Assembly: GCF_016127575.1 (NCBI RefSeq) | Contig: NZ_CP066018.1 | Location: forward strand, 1,020,001-1,052,000 | Source of the DNA: Cupriavidus necator | Lineage (GTDB): Bacteria > Pseudomonadota > Gammaproteobacteria > Burkholderiales > Burkholderiaceae | DNA: 32,000 nucleotides | Reading direction: 5' to 3' | In this document: in pieces, positions 16,057-24,016 of the stretch | Layout of the letters: each line of letters opens with the position of its first letter | Numbering within the stretch: the first letter of the stretch is position 1 | The notes under the pieces: generated by a model | Told to the model about the DNA's origin: nothing | The model's database searches: none | What the model saw: only the letters and a program-made list of their open reading frames with translations | Made by a program: the position numbers and the translations under genes

Positions 16057-17865
16057 TCAGGCCGTCGGCTTGGGCTCCGTGGCGCGCAGGCGGATGTGCA
16101 GTTCGCGCAGTTGCTTCTCGTCGACCGAGCTCGGGGCCTGGGTCAGCAGGTCCTGGGCGCGCTGGGTTTTCGGGAAGGCGATCACGTCGCGGATCGAGTC
16201 GGCGCCGGCCATCATCGTGACGATGCGGTCCAGGCCGAAGGCCAGGCCGCCGTGCGGAGGCGCGCCGTACTGCAGCGCGTCCAGCAGGTAGCCGAACTTG
16301 GCGCGGGCTTCATCGTCATTGATGTTGAGCGCGCGGAACACCTTGCTCTGGATGTCCGAACGGAAAATCCGCACCGAGCCGCCGCCCATTTCCCAGCCGT
16401 TCAGCACCATGTCGTAGGCCTTGGCCAGGCACTTGCCCGGGTCGGTCTCCAGGTATTCCAGGTGCTCGTCCTTGGGGCTGGTGAACGGGTGGTGCATGGC
16501 CACCCAGCGCGCGTCTTCCTCGTCGTACTCGAACATCGGGAAGTCGACCACCCACAGCGGCTTCCAGGTGTCTTCGAACAGGCCGTTGGCCTTGCCGAAG
16601 TCAGAGTGGCCGATCTTCAGGCGCAGCGCGCCGATCGAGTCGTTGACCACCTTGGCCTTGTCGGCGCCGAAGAAGATGATGTCGCCGTCCTGGGCGCCGG
16701 TGCGCTTGAGGATCTCGGCAATGGCGGCGTCGTGCAGGTTCTTGACGATCGGCGATTGCAGGCCGTCGCGGCCCTTGGCCACTTCGTTGACCTTGATCCA
16801 GGCCAGTCCCTTGGCGCCGTAGATGCCGACGAACTGGGTGTAGGCGTCGATCTCGCCGCGCGAGATCGCACCGCCGCCCGGCACGCGCAGGCCGACCACG
16901 CGGCCGTTGTCGCTGTTGGCGGGGCTCGAGAACACCTTGAAGTCGACGTCCTTCATCACCTCGGTCAGCTCGGTGAATTCCAGCTTGACGCGCAGGTCAG
17001 GCTTGTCCGAGCCGAAGCGGGCCATGGCCTCGCGGAACTCCATCACCGGGAACCTGGCGTCCAGGTCGACGTCGATGGCGTTCTTGAACACCGTGCGCAT
17101 CATGTCCTCGAACAGGTCGCGGATCTCCTGCTCGGTCAGGAACGAGGTCTCGCAGTCGATCTGCGTGAATTCCGGCTGGCGGTCGGCACGCAGGTCTTCG
17201 TCGCGGAAGCACTTGGTGATCTGGTAGTAGCGGTCGAAGCCGGAGACCATCAGCATCTGCTTGAAGATCTGCGGCGACTGCGGCAGCGCGAAGAAATGGC
17301 CCGGGTTGACCCGCGACGGCACCAGGTAGTCGCGCGCGCCTTCGGGCGTGCTCTTGCCCAGCATCGGGGTCTCGATGTCGATAAAGCCCTGCGCATCGAG
17401 GAACTTGCGCACTTCCATCGCCACCTTGTAGCGCAGGCGCAGGTTGTACTGCATCTGCGGGCGGCGCAGGTCCAGCACGCGGTGCGTCAGGCGCGTGGTT
17501 TCCGACAGGTTGTCGTCGTCGAGCTGGAACGGGGGCGTGACCGACGGGTTCAGCACGGTCAGCTCATGGCACAGCACCTCGATCTTGCCCGAGGTCAGGT
17601 TGGCGTTCTCGGTGCCGGCCGGACGCGGACGGACCTTGCCGGTGACGCGGATGCAGAACTCATTGCGGATCTCTTCGGCGGCCTTGAACATCTCGGGGCG
17701 GTCCGGGTCGCACACCACCTGCACCAGGCCTTCGCGGTCGCGCAGGTCGATGAAGATCACGCCGCCATGGTCGCGGCGGCGCTGGACCCAGCCGGTCAGG
17801 GCCACTTCCTGGCCCGAGAATTGTTCGGTCACCAGACCGCAGTAGTGAGTACGCATGGAGGACAT
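16057..17865 (-). CDS. aspS: Aspartate--tRNA ligase
   Basis: [46 protein letters not shown]... is the canonical bacterial AspRS N-terminus. Class II motifs present: [18 protein letters not shown] and GGLAFGLDR. Start ATG 17865 is chosen (602 aa); ATG 17856 is also possible; the track start is 17904. Confidence 0.95.
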   Translation of the reverse strand: MSSMRTHYCGLVTEQFSGQEVALTGWVQRRRDHGGVIFIDLRDREGLVQVVCDPDRPEMFKAAEEIRNEFCIRVTGKVRPRPAGTENANLTSGKIEVLCHELTVLNPSVTPPFQLDDDNLSETTRLTHRVLDLRRPQMQYNLRLRYKVAMEVRKFLDAQGFIDIETPMLGKSTPEGARDYLVPSRVNPGHFFALPQSPQIFKQMLMVSGFDRYYQITKCFRDEDLRADRQPEFTQIDCETSFLTEQEIRDLFEDMMRTVFKNAIDVDLDARFPVMEFREAMARFGSDKPDLRVKLEFTELTEVMKDVDFKVFSSPANSDNGRVVGLRVPGGGAISRGEIDAYTQFVGIYGAKGLAWIKVNEVAKGRDGLQSPIVKNLHDAAIAEILKRTGAQDGDIIFFGADKAKVVNDSIGALRLKIGHSDFGKANGLFEDTWKPLWVVDFPMFEYDEEDARWVAMHHPFTSPKDEHLEYLETDPGKCLAKAYDMVLNGWEMGGGSVRIFRSDIQSKVFRALNINDDEARAKFGYLLDALQYGAPPHGGLAFGLDRIVTMMAGADSIRDVIAFPKTQRAQDLLTQAPSSVDEKQLRELHIRLRATEPKPTA

Positions 17866-17879
17866 AAGGAGATTCCCGG

Positions 17880-17913
17880 TAAAACGCGGCCGCCCGAAGC
17901 ACATCGGGCGGCC
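17880..17913 (-). terminator. Terminator-like or attenuator hairpin immediately upstream of aspS
   Basis: The minus strand reads GGCCGCCCGA-TGTGCT-TCGGGCGGCC followed by GCGTTTTA. The U-tract ends only 14 nt before the aspS ATG. Confidence 0.5.
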
Positions 17914-17931
17914 CGTGATCAGATTGGATGC

Positions 17932-18663
17932 TTAAGGATCGGTCGTCTCGACCGTTTCCTCGCTGCTGGCCCTGCCGGCCGGATTGGCCGGGGCTGCCGG
18001 CCGGGACATGCTGCCGTTCTTGCGCGGCAATTCCGCCGGTGCCACCACGCCCATCGAGACGATGTACTTGAGCGCGGCGTCGACGGTCATGTCGAGTTCG
18101 ATGGTGTCGGCCTTGGGCATCATCAGGAAGAAGCCCGAGGTCGGATTCGGCGTGGTCGGCACGTAGACGCTGACGTATTCGCCCTGCAGGTGGTTCTGCA
18201 CGTCGCCGCCGGGGCGCCCGGTCAGGAAGGCGATGGTCCACGAGCCCTCGCGCGGGTACTGCACCAGCAGCGCCTTGCGGAAGGCGTTGCCCGAGGACGA
18301 CAGCAGCGTGTCCGAGACCTGCTTGACGCTGGTGTAGATCGGGCCCACCACCGGGATATGGCCCAGCAGCGCTTCCCACCAGCGCACCAGGCGCTGGCCG
18401 ATGAAGTTATGCGCCAGCAGGCCGACCAGCAGGATGACCAGCAGCGTGAGGATGGCGCCCAGGCCCGTCACGCGCTTGCCGAACATCAGCCGGTCCGGGC
18501 GCCAGGCCTCGGGCAGCAGCGCCAGGCTCTGGTCCATCGTGCCGATGATCAGGCTGAGCACCCACAGCGTGATGCCCAGCGGCACCAGCACCAGCAGCCC
18601 GGTCAGGAACCAGGTTTTCAGGGCGGAAGTCTTCTTGGCAACCACGGGGCGGGTCCGGCTCAA
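17932..18663 (-). CDS. DUF502-family integral membrane protein
   Basis: 243 aa, ...KTWFLTGLLVLVPLGITLWVLSLIIGTMDQSL... with a second TM pair and a C-terminal soluble part, as is typical for DUF502/COG2928. The start is TTG 18663, overlapping the upstream stop as TTGA. GTG 18645 is an alternative. Confidence 0.75.
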   Translation of the reverse strand: MSRTRPVVAKKTSALKTWFLTGLLVLVPLGITLWVLSLIIGTMDQSLALLPEAWRPDRLMFGKRVTGLGAILTLLVILLVGLLAHNFIGQRLVRWWEALLGHIPVVGPIYTSVKQVSDTLLSSSGNAFRKALLVQYPREGSWTIAFLTGRPGGDVQNHLQGEYVSVYVPTTPNPTSGFFLMMPKADTIELDMTVDAALKYIVSMGVVAPAELPRKNGSMSRPAAPANPAGRASSEETVETTDP

Positions 18664-19004
18664 TGGCAGGCGCAGGCGCTGCCGCAGCCGCCGGCTGCCG
18701 CGGGCGTGGCCGAAGCGGACGAGGCAGGACTGGCCGGCGATTCAGCCGCCGCCGGGGTGCTGGCCGCCGCTGCAGCGGCGCCACCAGCGGCGCCGGTCGC
18801 TGTCGGCGTGCCGGCGCTGCCGCCGCGGAAGTCGGTCACGTACCAGCCCGAGCCCTTGAGCTGGAAACCAGCAGCGGTCAGCTGTTTCTTGAACGCGCCG
18901 GCGGTGCCGCACGACGGGCAGTCCGTCAGCGGGGCATCGCTCATTTTCTGCAGCACATCGCGCCCGTGGCCGCAGGCGTCGCAACGGTAGGCATAGATCG
19001 GCAT
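18660..19004 (-). CDS. FmdB-family zinc-ribbon protein (CxxC...CxxC)
   Basis: From ATG 19004: MPIYAYRCDACGHGRDVLQKMSDAPLTDCPSCGTAGAFKKQLTAAGFQLKGSGWYVTDF, then an Ala/Gly/Ser/Pro-rich linker ending in GGCGSACACH. The track ORF's upstream extension (to 19214) has no coding character. Confidence 0.8.
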   Translation of the reverse strand: MPIYAYRCDACGHGRDVLQKMSDAPLTDCPSCGTAGAFKKQLTAAGFQLKGSGWYVTDFRGGSAGTPTATGAAGGAAAAAASTPAAAESPASPASSASATPAAAGGCGSACACH

Positions 19005-19168
19005 GGTGTTATTTCGCGAGAAAACTTCGGAATTGGTACAAAGGCGGACATCGGCGCGGGCCATGGCGGCCGCGGGAAGTTCCCGTGCGACGATGCAAAG
19101 CCTTGAATTATAAACCGTTCCGGGGCCGCCTGATCGCCGGAAATGAGGGGGTGGCAGACCCCGGGCCG

Positions 19169-20605
19169 TCAGGCGATATGCACTTCCTTGACCGGCGCGT
19201 GATCTGCAATCCACTGCGGCAGCAGTGAACCGATCACCATGCCGCTGATCGAGAACAGCAGGCCCACCATTTGCGGCGGCACCACGGCATCGGCAAAGGC
19301 CACCTCGCAGGTCAGCCAGGAGGACAGGCCCAGCAGGATCGCCGCCAGCCCGCCCTGGCGGGTGGCGTGCTTCCAGAACATGCCGAAGGCCAATGGCACG
19401 AAGGACGAGACCAGGGTGACCTTATAGGCATTTTCGACCATATGAAAGATCGACAGGTGCGAGTTGAGCGCGAACAGCGTCACCAGCGCGGTGAACACCA
19501 GCACCACGGTCTGCATCACGCGCAGGAACTGCCGGTCGTCGAGGTGGCGGAAGTACGGGCGCAGGATGTTCTCGGCAAAGGTCACCGACGGCGCCAGCAG
19601 CGTGGCCGACGCGCAACTCTTGATCGCCGACAGCAGCGCGCCGAAGAACATCACCTGGGCGAACATCGGTGCGTGCTGCAGGATCAGCTTCGGCAGGATC
19701 AGCTGCGAATCGGTGTCGATGTACCTGGCCACCATGCCGGGGTCGATCAGCGTGGCCGAATACGCCAGGAACATCGGGATAAAGGCGAAGCAGAAGTACA
19801 GCACGCCGCCCAGCACCGAGGCGCGCCCGGCGATCTGCTCGGTGCGCGACGAGGTCACGCGCTGGAACACGTCCTGCTGCGGGATCGAGCCCAGCATCAT
19901 GGTGAACAGCGCCGCCGCGAAGCCGATGATCTGTATGAAATCCAGCGACGGCAGGAACTCGAACTTGCCGGCCGCGGCCGCGTGCGACACCACCGCCGTG
20001 ACGCCGCCGGCCTGGCCGCTGACCTCGTAGCCGATATAGAGCATGCCGATCACGATGATGATCATCTGGATGAAGTCGGTGATGGCCACCGACCACATTC
20101 CGCCGAACAGCGTATAGACCAGCACGCTGGCTGCGCCGATCATCATGCCGGCCTCCTGCGACAGCGCGCCGTCCGAGACGGTATAGAACACCAGCCCGAG
20201 CGCCTTGATCTGCGCCGCCACCCAGCCCAGGTAGGACACCACGATGCACAGCGTGGTCAGCACCTCGGCCAGCCGGCCATAGCGGTTGTGGTAGTAGTCG
20301 CCGATGGTCAGCAGGTTCATCCGGTACAACGGCCGGGCGAAGAACAGGCCCACCAGGATCAGGCACAGCGACGAGCCGAAGGGGTCGGAGACCACGCCCG
20401 ACAGGCCTTCCTTGAGGAATACGGCGGGGATGCCCAGCACCGTCTCCGAGCCGAACCAGGTGGCGAAGACGGTGGCGGTGACGATATGGAATGGCAGGCT
20501 GCGCCCGGCGACGGCGAAATCGGTGGTGTTGCGTACGCGCAGCGCCGCCCACAGGCCGATGCCGACCGAGATTACCCAGTAGATGATGACGAACCAGATC
20601 AGCAT
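19169..20605 (-). CDS. Sodium:solute symporter family (SSF) transporter; substrate unknown
   Basis: 478 aa from ATG 20605, with about 13 predicted TM segments. The N-terminal region AVAGRSLPFHIVTATVFATWFGSETVLG is typical of SSF/SLC5-type carriers. Confidence 0.85.
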   Translation of the reverse strand: MLIWFVIIYWVISVGIGLWAALRVRNTTDFAVAGRSLPFHIVTATVFATWFGSETVLGIPAVFLKEGLSGVVSDPFGSSLCLILVGLFFARPLYRMNLLTIGDYYHNRYGRLAEVLTTLCIVVSYLGWVAAQIKALGLVFYTVSDGALSQEAGMMIGAASVLVYTLFGGMWSVAITDFIQMIIIVIGMLYIGYEVSGQAGGVTAVVSHAAAAGKFEFLPSLDFIQIIGFAAALFTMMLGSIPQQDVFQRVTSSRTEQIAGRASVLGGVLYFCFAFIPMFLAYSATLIDPGMVARYIDTDSQLILPKLILQHAPMFAQVMFFGALLSAIKSCASATLLAPSVTFAENILRPYFRHLDDRQFLRVMQTVVLVFTALVTLFALNSHLSIFHMVENAYKVTLVSSFVPLAFGMFWKHATRQGGLAAILLGLSSWLTCEVAFADAVVPPQMVGLLFSISGMVIGSLLPQWIADHAPVKEVHIA

Positions 20606-20796
20606 GCCGCTGCCCTATGCAGAAGTGCCCTTGTGGCGAGAAACCGAATGCCGGGCGGCGCATGAGTGCACGTTGCTTGCGCGCATCTGCCCGGAGTCCA
20701 ATTCATCGGTCGGGGCCGCATATCGAGCTGCCTGGAGTTCTCGCGCTGGGCGGAAAACGCGGCCGGGGCTGCGGTCGTAGCCGAATCAAAACGCGG

Positions 20797-20802
20797 ATTA
20801 TA
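20797..20802 (-). promoter_or_regulatory. Candidate -10 box (perfect TATAAT) for the symporter gene
   Basis: The minus strand reads TATAAT, 22 nt downstream of the preceding terminator U-tract. The -35 is poor (TCGTCC or TTCGTC at 17-18 nt). It would give a leader of about 190 nt. Confidence 0.35.
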
Positions 20803-20824
20803 GCGACGCAGACCAGCGTGGACG

Positions 20825-20862
20825 AAAAAAATTCCCCGCTGGCGCAAATGCGCCACGCGGAG
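20825..20862 (-). terminator. Rho-independent terminator after the TPMT-like gene
   Basis: The minus strand reads CCGC(G)TGGCGC-ATTT-GCGCCAGCGG, a 10-bp stem with a one-nt bulge, followed by GGAA and seven T. Confidence 0.75.
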
Positions 20863-20898
20863 CATCGCCTGCGCCACAAGGGCTGGCCGGCGGCTGCT

Positions 20899-21519
20899 TC
20901 AGCCGGACCGGCGGCGCCAGACCTGCCAGCGCTCCTGCCCCTGGAACACCGGCAGCGGCGCGGCCGTGGGCCGGTCCTCAAGTCGCTCGAAGGCCGGTGC
21001 CAGCAGCGCGTCCAGCGCCTCGGCCGGCATCGCGAACGGCGGCCCGCCGCGGTTTTCGCCGAGGTAGAAGTAGCCGGCCAGCAGGCCGCCCGGCGGCAGC
21101 AGTTGCGCGACCCGGGCGGCATAGTCGGCCCGCATCGCCGGCGGCAGCGCGCACAGGAAGGCCCGTTCGTAGATCAGCTCGCACGGCGGCTGCGGCGTGA
21201 AGGCAAAGAAATCGCCCTGCTGCACCACTACCCCCGCCGGCCCCAGAGTTTGCCGCGCCGACGCCACCGCCTGCGGCGAGAAGTCGATTGCCGTCACCGG
21301 CCAGCCACGCTCGAACAGCCACGCGGCCTCCCAGCCGTTGCCACAGCCTGGCACCAGGGTCGGACATGGGGCACGGCCTTCAATGAACTGCCGGAATTCC
21401 TCGGGCACGCCGCCCTGGTCCCAGGGCGTGAAGCCCTGTTCGAAACGCTCGTCCCAGAATGCCGGGTCGGCGGCGTTGCGGGTGGCGAAGGTCGGCACGG
21501 GCTTGGCAGGGTCGCTCAT
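20899..21519 (-). CDS. SAM-dependent methyltransferase, thiopurine/halide-thiol methyltransferase (TPMT) family
   Basis: From ATG 21519, with GAGG 5 nt upstream (the track start is GTG 21525). Motifs: FWDERFEQGFTPWDQGG and the SAM-binding LVPGCGNGWEAAWLFERGWPVTAIDFSPQAV. Confidence 0.75.
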   Translation of the reverse strand: MSDPAKPVPTFATRNAADPAFWDERFEQGFTPWDQGGVPEEFRQFIEGRAPCPTLVPGCGNGWEAAWLFERGWPVTAIDFSPQAVASARQTLGPAGVVVQQGDFFAFTPQPPCELIYERAFLCALPPAMRADYAARVAQLLPPGGLLAGYFYLGENRGGPPFAMPAEALDALLAPAFERLEDRPTAAPLPVFQGQERWQVWRRRSG

Positions 21520-21551
21520 GGTCACCTCAAAAATGGATCAGCCTGGGTGCG

Positions 21552-23129
21552 CTACCAGTAGCCCGCCCAGCCCAGCACATGCGTCAGCACGATGCCGGCG
21601 ACAAAGCCGCCCAGCAACAGCAGCCCGGTGCCGAGCAGCCGGTTGGTGCGGCGCTGCTCCACCACCAGCATCGCCAGCAGCTTGTCCTGCTCGCCGTTGC
21701 TGGTCAGCGCGCGCCGCTCCAGGAACTGGTGCGCCAGGCGCGGGAAGTCGGGCAGCATCTTGGCCCACAGCGGCGCCTCCACCTTGACCCGCTCCCAGGC
21801 GCCCTTCCAGCCCACCTGCTCGTGCATCCAGCGTTCCAGGAAAGGCTTGGCGGTCTTCCACAGGTCCAGGTCGGGGTCGAGCTGGCGGCCCAGGCCTTCG
21901 ATATTGAGCAGCGTCTTCTGCAGGAGCACCAGCTGCGGCTGGATCTCGACATTGAAGCGGCGCGAGGTCTGGAACAGGCGCATCAGCACCATGCCCAGCG
22001 AGATTTCCTTGAGCGGCTTGTCGAAGTACGGCTCGCAGCAGGCGCGCACGGCGCTTTCCAGCTCTTCGACACGGGTGTCTGGCGGCACCCAGCCGGACTC
22101 CACGTGCAGCAGTGCTACGCGGTGGTAGTCGCGCCGGAAGAAGGCGATGAAATTCTGCGCCAGGTAGTTCTTGTCGAACTCGGACAGCGCGCCGACGATG
22201 CCGAAGTCCAGCGCGATATAGCGGCCGAAGGTCTCGGGCTGCACCGACACCAGGATATTGCCCGGGTGCATGTCGGCATGGAAGAAGCCGTCGCGAAACA
22301 CCTGGGTGAAGAAGATCTCGACACCCTCTTCCGCCAGCTGGTGCATGTCCACGCCGGCGGCCTTGAGCGACTCGGTGCGCGAGATCGGGATGCCGTGCAT
22401 GCGCTCCATCACGAACACGGTGCTGCTGCACCAGTCCCAGAACACCTCGGGCACCAGCAGCAGGCTGGTGTCGGCAAAGTTGCGGCGCAGCTGGCTGGCA
22501 TTGGCCGCCTCGATCATCAGGTCGAGTTCGTCGTGCAGATACTTGTCGAACTCGGCCACCACCTCGCGCGGCTTCAGGCGCTTGCCGTCGGCCCAGAAGC
22601 GTTCCAGCCAGGTGGCCATGTCGCGCATCAGCGCCAGGTCGCTGTCGATCACCGGCAGCATGCCCGGGCGCAGCACCTTCACCGCGACCTCGCGGCCGTG
22701 GCAGGGGCCGCCCTTGAGCGTGGCGAAGTGTACCTGTGCGATCGAGGCGCTGGCCACCGGCTGGTGCTCGAAGGTCTCGAACAGCTGGTCCAGCGGCCGC
22801 CCCAGCGCGCGCTCGATGATCTTCACCGCCACCACCGAATCGAACGGTGGCACCTGGTCCTGCAGCTTGGCCAGTTCGTCGGCAATGTCCGCCGGCATCA
22901 GGTCGCGCCGGGTCGACAGCACCTGGCCGAACTTGACGAAGATCGGGCCCAGCCGCGTCAGCGCCAGCCGCAGGCGCTCGCCGCGCGGCATCTCGAGCTT
23001 GCGCCCGATGGTGATGACGCGTACCAGGAAGCGGATCCTGCGGCTGCTGAAGCCCGAGAGCACCAGCTCGTCCAGGCCGTAATAGAGGATGACGAAGAGA
23101 ATCTTGCCAAGGCGCAGGAGGCGGGTCAT
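21552..23129 (-). CDS. ubiB: Ubiquinone biosynthesis regulatory kinase-like protein UbiB (ABC1 family)
   Basis: 525 aa. The N-terminus is UbiB-like ([32 protein letters not shown]). Kinase-like motifs present: [25 protein letters not shown]. Two C-terminal TM helices. Confidence 0.95.
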   Translation of the reverse strand: MTRLLRLGKILFVILYYGLDELVLSGFSSRRIRFLVRVITIGRKLEMPRGERLRLALTRLGPIFVKFGQVLSTRRDLMPADIADELAKLQDQVPPFDSVVAVKIIERALGRPLDQLFETFEHQPVASASIAQVHFATLKGGPCHGREVAVKVLRPGMLPVIDSDLALMRDMATWLERFWADGKRLKPREVVAEFDKYLHDELDLMIEAANASQLRRNFADTSLLLVPEVFWDWCSSTVFVMERMHGIPISRTESLKAAGVDMHQLAEEGVEIFFTQVFRDGFFHADMHPGNILVSVQPETFGRYIALDFGIVGALSEFDKNYLAQNFIAFFRRDYHRVALLHVESGWVPPDTRVEELESAVRACCEPYFDKPLKEISLGMVLMRLFQTSRRFNVEIQPQLVLLQKTLLNIEGLGRQLDPDLDLWKTAKPFLERWMHEQVGWKGAWERVKVEAPLWAKMLPDFPRLAHQFLERRALTSNGEQDKLLAMLVVEQRRTNRLLGTGLLLLGGFVAGIVLTHVLGWAGYW

Positions 23130-23196
23130 TCGGGAGTCTTCACAGGGCCGGGCAGGCAGTCATGTTGTTGGTGGATGGGATCGGGGCGCGGCCGGC

Positions 23197-23886
23197 TCAG
23201 CGGTGCGGCGACGGCAGCTTGCCGGACTGGCCCGACTGTCCGGAAGCCGGCGGCGGGCCGGCGCGCTCCAGCCGCTCCAGCCGTTTTTCGAGCCGGGCCA
23301 GGCTGTCGCGCAGCCGGCCCACGTCGGTGCCGAAGGCATCGAGCGCGGCGTGGCGCACCAGGGTCGGATGCTCGTCCAGCAGGTAGTCGGTGACGTTGTC
23401 GACCAGGGCGCGGCCCACGCGCGTGGCCTGCTCATGCACCTGGCGCGCGCCGTCGACCACGCGCTGCGCCACGCTGTCGCTCACCGGCCCGCCCAGGATG
23501 CCGCGCAGCGCGCGCGACAGGTCTTCGGCGGCGTCCCAGCGCAGGTTGCGCGCCAGCGTCGAGATGGTGTTGGCCAGCTCGGCGTCGCCCTCGATGCGGA
23601 CATGGCGCATGGCGGCGGCCTGGCCGCCTTCGGCCACGTCGGCGGCCACCAGCGGCCACTGCTGCACCGGCACACGCAGCGTCACCGCGGGCGCCTCGGC
23701 CTCGGGCGCTGGTTCGGTGCAGCCGTGCTCCGTCACCTTCAGCGACAGCACGAAGGCGGCCGCATCGAAGCGGATCACGCGCCCGGCAAACGGCGTGAGC
23801 TGGTTGCGGGCCCACGGCTCCTGCTCAAGCAGGTGGTTCAGCGCCGAGATGGCGGGCATGGCCAGGGCGGAAGGCAGAGTATTCAT
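23197..23886 (-). CDS. ubiJ: Ubiquinone biosynthesis accessory factor UbiJ (SCP2-like lipid-binding)
   Basis: From ATG 23886 (MNTLPSALAMPAISALNHLLEQEPWARNQLTPFAGRVIRFD...). It has an SCP2-like N-terminal half and a helical C-terminus, and sits between a Tim44-like gene and ubiB. The track start (23952) lies inside the upstream terminator stem. ATG 23859 is also possible. Confidence 0.75.
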   Translation of the reverse strand: MNTLPSALAMPAISALNHLLEQEPWARNQLTPFAGRVIRFDAAAFVLSLKVTEHGCTEPAPEAEAPAVTLRVPVQQWPLVAADVAEGGQAAAMRHVRIEGDAELANTISTLARNLRWDAAEDLSRALRGILGGPVSDSVAQRVVDGARQVHEQATRVGRALVDNVTDYLLDEHPTLVRHAALDAFGTDVGRLRDSLARLEKRLERLERAGPPPASGQSGQSGKLPSPHR

Positions 23887-23934
23887 GACAGCGCGGTTGG
23901 CGGGCAGGCAGCGACGCCGCAGGTCGGGCGTCCC

Positions 23935-23968
23935 AAACAAAAAAAGGCCCACGCTTTCGCGTGGGCCT
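23935..23968 (-). terminator. Rho-independent terminator after the Tim44-like gene
   Basis: The minus strand reads AGGCCCACGC-GAAA-GCGTGGGCCT followed by TTTTTTGTTT. Confidence 0.85.
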
Positions 23969-24016
23969 CCATTCTAAGCTACTCCCCCCGGCGCATCACC
24001 GCCGCGGGGTGCGGCA

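Noticed and set aside
19085-19115. Possible sigma54 promoter (TTGCAT) or sigma70 -10 (TATAAT at 19112-19107, minus strand) upstream of the FmdB gene, together with the CGGGAA-G-TTCCCG inverted repeat at 19073-19085.
   Set aside because: There is no GG at the required 12-nt offset from the GC of TTGC, so the -24/-12 geometry fails. The TATAAT has no acceptable -35. I kept these only as notes because there is too little support for a feature call.
20606-20790. A known riboswitch class (glycine, TPP or guanidine) in the symporter leader.
   Set aside because: I could not find the conserved cores of these classes by eye. It is reported only as an unexplained long leader, not as a riboswitch.
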